NCBI GenBank assembly: GCA_039798565.1
Contig: JBDKFU010000057.1
Location: 1 to 35,223 of the forward strand
Length of the DNA stretch: 35,223 bases
Direction of reading: 5' to 3'
Origin: Candidatus Parcubacteria bacterium
Lineage (GTDB): Bacteria; Patescibacteriota; Minisyncoccia; Phycocordibacterales; Phycocordibacteraceae
Under the pieces are notes generated by a model. The model saw nothing but the letters and a program-made list of their open reading frames with translations. It was not told the origin of the DNA and did not search any database. The translations under genes and the position numbers were made by a program. Positions 9,222-19,264 of this stretch are shown here, in pieces. The first letter of the stretch is position 1, and every line of letters begins with the position of its first letter.

Positions 9222-9653
9222 ATGCAACAGCGCGGGTTCACCCTCATTGAGCTTCTCGTGGTTATAGGTATCATCGCCCTTTTGGCCGCAATCGTTTTGG
9301 CGTTTTTAAGTGATGGTCGTGAGAAGAGTCGTGACTCGGCACGGGCCGCTGACCTAAAACAGCTCCAGATAGCCCTTTCACTGTATTTTGATGCAACGGG
9401 TGCCTATCCACCAGATCTCTCGGTACTGGTGCCCAAATATATTTCAGTGATTCCAAAGGACCCGGCGTCGAATGCGGTGTACCCATACGATCGACTCTCT
9501 GACACTGACTATCATCTTGGCGCGAGCCTTGAGCAGGCAAACATAACATTGCTGAAAAGTGATGTCGATGCGACCTCAACGAACATTCTCGGCACGGATT
9601 CAGCCGGCTGTGCTGGCGGGGTAGGGTGGCACTGTTATGACGTACGTCCATAG
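9222..9653 (+). CDS. type IV major pilin, paralogue 1
   Basis: Prepilin leader MQQRG|FTLIELLVVIGIIALLAAI with Glu5. C-terminal Cys pair (GCAGGVGWHCYDVRP). ORF 9132 trimmed to ATG 9222. TAAGAT at 9209-9214 lies 7 nt upstream. Confidence 0.85.
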   Translation: MQQRGFTLIELLVVIGIIALLAAIVLAFLSDGREKSRDSARAADLKQLQIALSLYFDATGAYPPDLSVLVPKYISVIPKDPASNAVYPYDRLSDTDYHLGASLEQANITLLKSDVDATSTNILGTDSAGCAGGVGWHCYDVRP

Positions 9654-9750
9654 GCTCGCCTTATCCCCATCTCTACGGTTGCCTGCGCATGCTGGCGGTA
9701 CAATAGGAACAGGCCTAGCGATAGGAATAATATTAGTTTAATTAGTTACA

Positions 9751-9756
9751 TATATT
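9751..9756 (+). promoter_or_regulatory. -10 box TATATT, leaderless promoter for pilin paralogue 2
   Basis: Sits in an AT-rich 109-nt intergenic region, 6 nt before ATG 9763. Confidence 0.5.
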
Positions 9757-9762
9757 CATACT

Positions 9763-10218
9763 ATGAACATATTTAGTAAGTCAGCTCGTGGTTTTACACT
9801 CATCGAGCTCTTGGTCGTTATCGCGATCATCGGTATTTTGTCGTCAATCGTGTTGGCGTCTTTGAACGATGCGCGTTTAAAAAGCCGTGATGCGAAGCGT
9901 GTTGCTGACATTAAGCAGATACAACTCGCACTCGAGTTGTACTACGATGCTACTGGCTCGTATCCAACAACAACGTTGTCTGTGTTGGCTCCAACCTATA
10001 TCTCTGCGCTTCCTGTTGATCCAGTTGGTGCAGCTGCATATCCGTATGACGGAGTTTCTGCAACTGATTATCACCTTGGTGCAGACCTTGAGCAGCGAAC
10101 GCATTCAGCACTTAGTGCTGATGTCGACTCTGACACCACCAACGTTGATGGTGACGATGACGACGGCTGTGCCGCTACCGCCGCGACCAACCGTTATTGC
10201 TACGACGTCGAACCATAG
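9763..10218 (+). CDS. type IV major pilin, paralogue 2
   Basis: Leader MNIFSKSARG|FTLIELLVVIAIIGIL. Shares motifs with paralogue 1 (YPYD, TDYHLGA.LEQ, CYDV.P). Contains an acidic DGDDDDG run. Confidence 0.85.
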   Translation: MNIFSKSARGFTLIELLVVIAIIGILSSIVLASLNDARLKSRDAKRVADIKQIQLALELYYDATGSYPTTTLSVLAPTYISALPVDPVGAAAYPYDGVSATDYHLGADLEQRTHSALSADVDSDTTNVDGDDDDGCAATAATNRYCYDVEP

Positions 10219-10233
10219 TCGACGCGCAGTTAC

Positions 10234-10264
10234 AAAAAACCCCCTACTGGGGGTTTTTTGTTTT
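10234..10264 (+). terminator. rho-independent terminator after pilin 2
   Basis: Stem aaaaaaccccc / gggggtttttt with loop tact, followed by a T-run. Confidence 0.8.
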
Positions 10265-10269
10265 ATACT
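10264..10269 (+). promoter_or_regulatory. -10 box TATACT abutting the terminator, leaderless promoter for pilD
   Basis: Lies 6 nt before the in-frame GTG at 10276. Confidence 0.45.
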
Positions 10270-10275
10270 GAAGCA

Positions 10276-11091
10276 GTGGATCTCTTCCTCATCATTTTTT
10301 TTGGCTTCCTCGGTCTTTTGGTGGGCAGCTTTATAAACGTAGTAGTATTGCGCTACGGCTACACCGAGAGTGCTAATCCAAGAAGTGAGTGTATGCAGTG
10401 TAGTGCGACACTAGCGTGGTATGACCTCGTTCCGGTCCTTTCATACATTGTGCTTCGTGCGCGGTGTCGTGCGTGTGGGTCGCGCCTTCTCGCGCAGTAT
10501 CCGCTCGTCGAGCTAGGAACTGCTGCACTTTTTGCTCTCACTGCAACGCAGGTTGTAAGCTTTAGCCCTGTTGCCGTTCTGCAACTGCTTTCTGAACTTG
10601 CATTTTGGTCAGGGCTCGTCGCGCTTACTGCGTATGACATTCGCCACACACTGATTCCATATTCTTTTTTAGGTTTTTTGCTTGGTGCTGCAGTCGTGCA
10701 CGCAGCACTTCCACTTATCGTCATGTTTGACGTGACGATGTTGGGCTTTGTTCTTGGGGGTGCACTTGTTCCAGGCCTCTTTCTCGGTGCTGTGGTCCTT
10801 ATTACTCGTGGAAGGGGGATGGGGTCAGGCGATGCGTATTTGGCGGGCATCCTCGGTCTTTTTGTGGGGCTTCCTGACAGTGTGGCGATGCTCTTGTTTG
10901 CAATTTGGATAGGAACGCTCTGGGGACTATTACTCATTTTCATCAAGAGTAGCGCTACACTGAAGACGGAGATACCCTTCGCACCCTTTTTAACACTCGG
11001 CACCGTTATTGTTGTTGGAATGGCGCATCTGGGAATCGACACCTATACATGGCTCGCGGATTTTCTCTCATTGAGCTCATTGTTGTCGTAG
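10276..11091 (+). CDS. pilD: prepilin peptidase / N-methyltransferase PilD
   Basis: Cys pairs CMQCS and CRACG. Asp motifs AYDIRH and GMGSGDAYL. Polytopic membrane protein. The start is GTG 10276 (preferred) or TTG 10258, which lies inside the terminator. Confidence 0.85.
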   Translation: MDLFLIIFFGFLGLLVGSFINVVVLRYGYTESANPRSECMQCSATLAWYDLVPVLSYIVLRARCRACGSRLLAQYPLVELGTAALFALTATQVVSFSPVAVLQLLSELAFWSGLVALTAYDIRHTLIPYSFLGFLLGAAVVHAALPLIVMFDVTMLGFVLGGALVPGLFLGAVVLITRGRGMGSGDAYLAGILGLFVGLPDSVAMLLFAIWIGTLWGLLLIFIKSSATLKTEIPFAPFLTLGTVIVVGMAHLGIDTYTWLADFLSLSSLLS

Positions 11092-11609
11092 GGATATTTA
11101 CTATTATCTCTGCGATTATTTTAGCGAACCACTCGCAGTTTAACTCAAACGTGTTGTTGGGCTCGTTGGCGTACGATATAGGTCTCTCTATTCGAGAGGC
11201 GCAGGTGTATGGTTTGTCAGTCAAGCAGTTCTCGGGCTCGTCAGACTTTCAGGTGGGGTATGGCGTGCACTTTCAAACAGCGGGGCAGTACCTCTTGTTT
11301 GTTGATAAGAATAAGAACAAGCGGTATGACGCCGGTACCGATGGTATCCAGCAGACCTACACGCTCGGTCGTGGACACAGTGTAAAAAGGTTCTGCGGAT
11401 ATACTGCGGGCGGGGCCGAGGAGTGTTCTGACAATGCGGCGTCACTTCCGTTTCTCGATGTTGTTTTTATTCGCCCAAGCCCTGATGCTTCCATACTCTC
11501 GGGGTCGCCAACGATCTATTCAATCGGTGCAGTCACGGTGCAGTCGGCGAGCGGCAAGGAACGAACGATAACAGTGCAATCGACTGGTCAAATATCTGTA
11601 TCGCAGTAA
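11049..11609 (+). CDS. minor pilin / pseudopilin 1
   Basis: MARG|FSLIELIVVVGIFTII prepilin leader with Glu5. Overlaps the pilD 3' end by 43 nt. Confidence 0.8.
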   Translation: MARGFSLIELIVVVGIFTIISAIILANHSQFNSNVLLGSLAYDIGLSIREAQVYGLSVKQFSGSSDFQVGYGVHFQTAGQYLLFVDKNKNKRYDAGTDGIQQTYTLGRGHSVKRFCGYTAGGAEECSDNAASLPFLDVVFIRPSPDASILSGSPTIYSIGAVTVQSASGKERTITVQSTGQISVSQ

Positions 11610-11617
11610 TACAAATC

Positions 11618-12211
11618 ATGAAACACGCACGAGGATTTACTCTGATAGAAATGATGGTCGCGGTGTCGATATTTGCAATCGTCATGATGATTGGCGTCGG
11701 CGCACTGCTCACGCTCATTGAAACGAACAAGCGCGCGCAGGCGATTAACTCGGTGATGAACAACGTAAACGCGGCAGTTGAAAATATGACACGCTCAATC
11801 CGTGTGGGTTTTACGTACCACTGCGAGGTGTCGCCGTCGCCACAATTACCGTCGACCTTGGCGACCACGCAGGACTGCGCGTCTGGTGGCGGTAAGTTGT
11901 TCGCTTTCGAGTCATCAGAGGGTGATGTCACCAATGTAAACGATCAGGTGGTGTACCGACTCAATGGTACACAAATCGAGCGCTCACTCGCGTCTGGCGC
12001 GAATGGTTCGTGGATTGCAATCACAGCGCCTGAGGTGGCTATCACCGACTTTCAATTCTATGTGACAGGCTCGTCGCCGCTTACTGGTTCTCCATCTGAC
12101 TATATTCAGCCGCGCGTGTTGATGATTCTTCGAGGAGTGGCGACCCTGCCGAAAGGGAACACAGAGTTTACCGTGCAGTCGACTGTGACACAGCGACTTT
12201 TGGATATCTAA
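11618..12211 (+). CDS. minor pilin / pseudopilin 2
   Basis: MKHARG|FTLIEMMVAVSIFAIV prepilin leader with Glu5. Confidence 0.8.
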   Translation: MKHARGFTLIEMMVAVSIFAIVMMIGVGALLTLIETNKRAQAINSVMNNVNAAVENMTRSIRVGFTYHCEVSPSPQLPSTLATTQDCASGGGKLFAFESSEGDVTNVNDQVVYRLNGTQIERSLASGANGSWIAITAPEVAITDFQFYVTGSSPLTGSPSDYIQPRVLMILRGVATLPKGNTEFTVQSTVTQRLLDI

Positions 12212-12212
12212 T

Positions 12213-12734
12213 ATGAAAGAAACAACAAAAGCATTTACCCTCATTGAAACACTGGTCGCCATCACGGTGCTTTTGGTTTCGCTCGCCGGCCCTATGTCTT
12301 TGGCGGCGCAAGCGCTGCAAAGTGCGTACTATGCGCGAGATCAGGTTACTGCGTTCTACCTCGCACAAGAGGGGATTGAGTACATTCGAGCTATCCGGGA
12401 TCAAAATTATCTCGCGGGTAATGCCTGGCTCACTGGTCTTGAAAGCGGTGAGAGTTGTGTTGGTGCGTACTGCTATGTCGACCTCGTCTCGTTTACACAC
12501 CACCGGTGTGCCGGTGCAAGCGACCCAGCATCATGCCCGCGGATAAAGATGTCATCCATAGGCAAGTTATATAATCATGCGTCAGGCGACGATACAAAGT
12601 TTACTCGGTCAGTGATTATAACCCCCGTTGGACTCGGTGACACGCAGGTGATTATCTCGGTGCGTGTGCAATGGATATCGGCGGGCATTAATCGTACGTT
12701 CGACTTATCTGAACGTATCTATAACTGGCTATGA
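12213..12734 (+). CDS. minor pilin / pseudopilin 3 (Ala at -1)
   Basis: MKETTKA|FTLIETLVAITVLL. Glu5 is present, but Ala replaces the usual Gly before the cleavage site. Confidence 0.75.
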   Translation: MKETTKAFTLIETLVAITVLLVSLAGPMSLAAQALQSAYYARDQVTAFYLAQEGIEYIRAIRDQNYLAGNAWLTGLESGESCVGAYCYVDLVSFTHHRCAGASDPASCPRIKMSSIGKLYNHASGDDTKFTRSVIITPVGLGDTQVIISVRVQWISAGINRTFDLSERIYNWL

Positions 12735-13183
12735 TGAAAAACCCGCGCGGATTTACGCTGCTCATGGCCATTCTTACAGCGGGTATTATGCTCGCCTTGG
12801 GGTACGCCATCTACAATATCGTCTCTAAAGAAATTCTGCTTTCATCTGCAGGTCGCGAGTCGCAGTTTGCATTCTTTGCAGCTGACACAGGCATTGAATG
12901 TGCGCTGTACTATGATGCAAAGTTTGATGCTTTTTCAACATCATCGCCACTCGTTGATGTGTCATGTGGTGCCGCGTCATCGACACTACTCAGAGAAATC
13001 ACCGGCTCAAGTGCAACCACTACATTTTCGTTTCAGCTGTCGCCCGACATTACGCGCCCCTGCGTCACTGTGACCATAGCAAAGTCGATACCTGCAAAGA
13101 CCAAAATAGAGTCAGCGGGCTACAACACGTGCGTCGTCACGAACCCGCGCCGTATCGAACGCGCTATCCGTGTAACCTACTAG
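12731..13183 (+). CDS. minor pilin 4, PilX/GspK-like (no Glu5)
   Basis: MMKNPRG|FTLLMAILTAGIML, with Met at the position where Glu5 is expected. ATGA overlap with the previous gene. Confidence 0.7.
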   Translation: MMKNPRGFTLLMAILTAGIMLALGYAIYNIVSKEILLSSAGRESQFAFFAADTGIECALYYDAKFDAFSTSSPLVDVSCGAASSTLLREITGSSATTTFSFQLSPDITRPCVTVTIAKSIPAKTKIESAGYNTCVVTNPRRIERAIRVTY

Positions 13184-13893
13184 TCAAACTGCATAAATAG
13201 GAGAACCCGTGTTTGACCCGCGGGTATGGGTGGTGCGCGGTGGACGGCTCCTTTTGGGTAGATGGGGAAGACGCTCACCGTGCCGGCTTTTGTACTGAGC
13301 GAGTTTGTGCCGACTTCGTCGTCAGCAAATTCTGTTCCAGGGCCACAGTACGTTTTTAGAATGCGTACACCGTTTGGATAATACGTTCCAGTATCTTGGT
13401 GCCAAATCTGCGCGGGCTCATCATGTTCGTACCTGTTGCACGATATTTCGATATACGTCAGTTTTTTTTCTGGGAATAGCGTAGCGTACTTTTTTGCATC
13501 TGCGACGATACCCAAAAGGAGCTCGCGGTGTGGGCGCGCGTCCGGGTCTCCGGCGGGGAACTTTGAGTTAATGTCGTCAAGTAATGTTGAAAAAACTCTT
13601 TCACGTCGCTCTGTTTCATCTTTTGCAGGTGGCATGTCAACAGTTTTTCTGTCAGTGCCACGCACCGTACCACTCAAATCGTTCTCATGGGCGTAGTCCA
13701 TGAGGGCATCAAACGGTGCTTCAGGGCCGGCTTCTTCTTCAAAAAGTACCGCGCTTGCATCCCTACCTATTTCTTTAGGGATATCTCCAAGTTTTTCAAC
13801 CACTTTGATGCCGGCTCGCAGATCCTCCGCTTGCTCTGCAAGCGTTCTGTTTTGTGTAGACTCGAACTCACCCCCGTGTGCATTTCTTATCAT
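13180..13893 (-). CDS. hypothetical protein with an acidic N-terminal half and a possible DUF1826-like C-terminal domain
   Basis: The segments WHQD, RILKTYCGPGTEF and AVHRAPP recall DUF1826 from memory only. ORF trimmed to ATG 13893, which lies 6 nt after a minus-strand TATACT. Confidence 0.55.
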   Translation of the reverse strand: MIRNAHGGEFESTQNRTLAEQAEDLRAGIKVVEKLGDIPKEIGRDASAVLFEEEAGPEAPFDALMDYAHENDLSGTVRGTDRKTVDMPPAKDETERRERVFSTLLDDINSKFPAGDPDARPHRELLLGIVADAKKYATLFPEKKLTYIEISCNRYEHDEPAQIWHQDTGTYYPNGVRILKTYCGPGTEFADDEVGTNSLSTKAGTVSVFPIYPKGAVHRAPPIPAGQTRVLLFMQFD

Positions 13894-13899
13894 GTAGAC

Positions 13900-13905
13900 A
13901 GTATA
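13900..13905 (-). promoter_or_regulatory. -10 box TATACT (minus strand), leaderless promoter
   Basis: Minus strand reads TATACT gtctac ATG. A second TATAAT lies at 13911-13916. Confidence 0.45.
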
Positions 13906-13921
13906 CAAAAATTATACCCTA

Positions 13922-16569
<2,648 letters not shown>

Positions 16570-16577
16570 ACGTTTCG

Positions 16578-16586
16578 TGGTAAAGT
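16578..16586 (+). promoter_or_regulatory. extended -10 box TGgTAAAGT, leaderless promoter for gatC
   Basis: TAAAGT at 16581-16586, 6 nt before ATG 16593. Confidence 0.45.
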
Positions 16587-16592
16587 CAGGAT

Positions 16593-16886
16593 ATGAGTGT
16601 TTCAGCTGATGAGGTTAAAAAACTAGCAAATCTATCTCGTCTCGCACTTACAGACAGCGAGGTGGAGAAGCTTCGTACTGAAATCGAATCTATTTTGACG
16701 TATGTTGATGCAGTGCAGAAAGTTGAGCTCCCGCCCGGCATTAGCGCATCGCCACATCTTGATTTGCAGAACGTGATGCGGGCTGATGGCGAGCCACACG
16801 AGGGCGGCATCTATTCTGAAGATATGCTCAGTCAGGCGCCAGCGCGTGAGGGCAACTTTCTTAAAGTAAAGAAAATCCTTGGATAA
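16593..16886 (+). CDS. gatC: Asp/Glu-tRNA amidotransferase subunit C
   Basis: 97 aa. LANLSRLALTDSE...LTYVD pattern. Immediately precedes gatA. Confidence 0.85.
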   Translation: MSVSADEVKKLANLSRLALTDSEVEKLRTEIESILTYVDAVQKVELPPGISASPHLDLQNVMRADGEPHEGGIYSEDMLSQAPAREGNFLKVKKILG

Positions 16887-16888
16887 GT

Positions 16889-18310
16889 ATGGCTGACCTC
16901 ACTGATTTAACTGCGGCCGCGCTTGCAAAAGGGTATCGAGCTAAAGAATTTAGCTCGGTGGATGTGACGCGCGCTTATGTTGCAAAGATTGAAAAAGAAA
17001 ATCCTGTGCTCAACGCATACCTTGAAGTATTTGCAGACGCTGAAGCGGGTGCGAAACAAGCAGACGAGATACTTGCTCGAGAGGGGGATGGGGCGCATGT
17101 GCTCACAGGCGTACCGATCGCGTTTAAAGATAATATTTTAATTAAAGGAAAAATTGCGAGTGCGGCGAGCAAGATGCTCGCCAACCACGTTGCACCATAC
17201 GATGCAACCGTTGTTTCAAAGCTTCGTGCGGCGCATGCCGTTTTTCTTGGTCGAACCAATATGGATGAGTTTGCAATGGGTTCTTCTACTGAACATTCAG
17301 CGTTTGGTCCAACCAAAAACCCTAACGATATAACACGAGTGCCCGGAGGTTCGTCGGGTGGTTCAGCGGCGGCGGTAGCGGGGCACCTTGCGCCTATCGC
17401 GCTTGGCTCAGAAACATGCGTCTCAATTCGACAGCCGTCGTCGCTCTGCGGTCTCGTCGGGTTTAAGCCAACATACGGAGCAGTTTCTCGGTCTGGACTT
17501 ATCGCGATGGGGTCGTCCCTAGATCAGATAGGTCCATTTGCGCGCACAGCAACTGATGCTGAAACGCTGTATCGCACCATTCGTGGGATAGATACGCTTG
17601 ATGGCACGACTCTTCCAGATTTTCCTGATGTTCGTCCAGTAAATAAAAAAATTGGTGTGCCGCGTGCATTTGTAAATGATGCACAGGCAGAAACAAAAGA
17701 AGTTTTTGAAAAGAAGTTGCAAGCACTTGCGGCACAAGGGTACGAGATTGTTGATATTGAGTTGAAAAGTGCACCACTCGCACTCCCGGCCTACTACATT
17801 GTTATGCCCGCTGAAGTGTCGACGAATCTCGCACGATTGGACGGAATGCGCTATGGTCTCCATGTTGATGGTGCAAATCTCCTTGAAGACTATAAACTGA
17901 GTCGTGCTGCAGGTTTTTCTGAAGAGACTCGACGTAGAATTATTCTCGGTACCTACATTCTCTCGAGTGGCTACTATGACGCATATTATAGAAAAGCGAC
18001 TGCGATGCGGAGTGTTATTACTGATGACCTTACGCGCGCGTTTGAAACTGTGCAGTACATAGCGACACCCACAGCACCGGGTCCCGCCTTTAAGATTGGT
18101 GAAAAGTCTGATCCTGTATCGATGTATCTTGAAGATATTTTTTCTGCACCCGCTAATCTTGCTGGTCTTCCTTCAGTATCGGTGCCGATGGGTACAGTCG
18201 TGCGCGACGGAGTCGATTTGCCGGTGGGTATACAGTTCATGACACCAAAACGAACCGACAATATACTTTTTGATGTTGCTCGTGATGTTTTGAATGAATC
18301 TCACTCATGA
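16889..18310 (+). CDS. gatA: Asp/Glu-tRNA amidotransferase subunit A (amidase signature family)
   Basis: GGSSGGSAAAVA amidase signature and typical length. The second signature block reads GSETCVSIRQPSS instead of GSDTGGSIRQPA. Confidence 0.88.
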   Translation: MADLTDLTAAALAKGYRAKEFSSVDVTRAYVAKIEKENPVLNAYLEVFADAEAGAKQADEILAREGDGAHVLTGVPIAFKDNILIKGKIASAASKMLANHVAPYDATVVSKLRAAHAVFLGRTNMDEFAMGSSTEHSAFGPTKNPNDITRVPGGSSGGSAAAVAGHLAPIALGSETCVSIRQPSSLCGLVGFKPTYGAVSRSGLIAMGSSLDQIGPFARTATDAETLYRTIRGIDTLDGTTLPDFPDVRPVNKKIGVPRAFVNDAQAETKEVFEKKLQALAAQGYEIVDIELKSAPLALPAYYIVMPAEVSTNLARLDGMRYGLHVDGANLLEDYKLSRAAGFSEETRRRIILGTYILSSGYYDAYYRKATAMRSVITDDLTRAFETVQYIATPTAPGPAFKIGEKSDPVSMYLEDIFSAPANLAGLPSVSVPMGTVVRDGVDLPVGIQFMTPKRTDNILFDVARDVLNESHS

Positions 18311-19092
18311 ACAGTGTTCCATTTTTAAACCTCCAGTATTTCTACTGCCTCATCTATTCTTTTTTTGGTGGTGACTGTTCAAAAGTAAGTACGACCGCGG
18401 GTGATGTGGTCGTCGCGGCGGGGGATATTGCAACATCGACGATTCCTGTCGAGGCGTCGGGGGGATTTTGGTCATGGCTTTGGCCGTTTGGTGATCTCGG
18501 TCTTTCATCGGCTAACTCAGTCGCGGGCGGTGCACAAGCTACCGCGTCGTGGGCGAGTACACTCGGAGCTTACTTTCCAGAATCAGTAGTAACGGTACTC
18601 CTCGCTGTAGGCACGCTCATCTCGGTTCTGTGGTCCGTGTTTAGCTGGCTCTCATACTCTGTGTCTGGCATTCTCGCGATGGCCATAGTGTCGTCCATCG
18701 TTATGATTGTGTACGTACGCATGAAAGAGTGGAATCAGTTTTCAGCACTCCCGCCGGCTGAAAGTAGAAAGTCATATTCGTGGAGCAGGTGGCAAGATTT
18801 ATTAAATGAAGCGATGACCTCAAACCCAATGCACTGGCGGCATGCAATTCTAGAAGCAGACGGTATGTTGGGTGAACTATTGTCGCGTTTGGGATATGCG
18901 GGTGAGACCACGAGCGAAATGATGCGGCATGTACCCGATGACGCTTTTGTCACTGTGCCACAGGCGTGGGAGGCGCATCGCATTAAAAATTTTGTCGCAC
19001 AGCAATCGAGCGATTACATACTGACGCAACGTGAGGCGTTTCGTACCATGAAGCTGTACGAACAAGTATTTGAAGAATTTGATTTTATTTAA
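18307..19092 (+). CDS. hypothetical membrane protein with a C-terminal soluble helical domain
   Basis: ATGA overlap with gatA. Central hydrophobic segments. C-terminal WRHAILEADGMLGELL...AWEAHRIKNFVAQ domain. Confidence 0.6.
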   Translation: MNSVPFLNLQYFYCLIYSFFGGDCSKVSTTAGDVVVAAGDIATSTIPVEASGGFWSWLWPFGDLGLSSANSVAGGAQATASWASTLGAYFPESVVTVLLAVGTLISVLWSVFSWLSYSVSGILAMAIVSSIVMIVYVRMKEWNQFSALPPAESRKSYSWSRWQDLLNEAMTSNPMHWRHAILEADGMLGELLSRLGYAGETTSEMMRHVPDDAFVTVPQAWEAHRIKNFVAQQSSDYILTQREAFRTMKLYEQVFEEFDFI

Positions 19093-19100
19093 AGTCGCGC

Positions 19101-19106
19101 TATACT
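19101..19106 (+). promoter_or_regulatory. -10 box TATACT upstream of the tRNA
   Basis: cgcTATACTatt lies 10 nt before tRNA position 1. The same cgcTATACTatt string recurs at 19251-19262 upstream of gap. Confidence 0.45.
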
Positions 19107-19116
19107 ATTGATTGAT

Positions 19117-19188
19117 AGCGGGGTAGAGCAGTAGTAGCTCGTCAGGCTCATAACCTGAAGGTCGTTGGTGCAAATCCAACCCCCGCAA
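19117..19188 (+). tRNA. initiator tRNA-Met (CAU anticodon), CCA not encoded
   Basis: The cloverleaf folds by hand: acceptor GCGGGG/CCCCGC, D stem GAGC/GCTC, anticodon stem TCAGG/CCTGA with loop CTCATAA, T stem GTTGG/CCAAC. Near-identical in layout to E. coli tRNA-fMet, including the unpaired 1:72 position and A11:U24. Confidence 0.9.
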
Positions 19189-19253
19189 CAAGCGAACGAA
19201 GGTGAGCGCAGCACCCTGCGACAGCAGTCGGCGAGTGCAGATTTTCTCACGCT

Positions 19254-19259
19254 ATACTA
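19254..19259 (+). promoter_or_regulatory. -10 box TATACT, leaderless promoter for gap
   Basis: Lies 5 nt before ATG 19265. Confidence 0.45.
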
Positions 19260-19264
19260 TTTGT

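Noticed and set aside
9699-9704. A second -10-like TACAAT in the pilin1-pilin2 spacer, which might drive a small RNA or a long-leader pilin 2 transcript.
   Set aside because: It has no TG extension, no -35 box and no obvious structured or conserved element downstream. I cannot distinguish it from a chance match without expression data.
9222-10218. The possibility that the two pilin copies are a diversity-generating retroelement template/variable repeat pair.
   Set aside because: No reverse transcriptase is present in the window. The copies differ throughout at the protein level rather than by adenine-specific substitutions in a near-identical DNA repeat.
10359-11042. Long antisense ORFs opposite well-supported genes. 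Examples are 10359-11042 opposite pilD, 8512-9048 opposite pilC, 7459-7971 opposite pilT, and 14760-15212 and 15112-15594 opposite ligA.
   Set aside because: Each lies wholly inside a gene with strong family motifs on the other strand. Their translations are low-complexity (Ser/Arg/Pro/Thr-rich) with no recognisable motifs. They have neither a -10 box nor a start-codon context like the real genes.
19189-19264. tRNA-adjacent integration site or genomic island downstream of tRNA-Met, including a small hairpin cgcag-cacc-ctgcg.
   Set aside because: No integrase, direct repeat of the tRNA 3' end, or foreign-looking genes follow; housekeeping gap starts 76 nt later. The hairpin has only 5 bp and no T-run.
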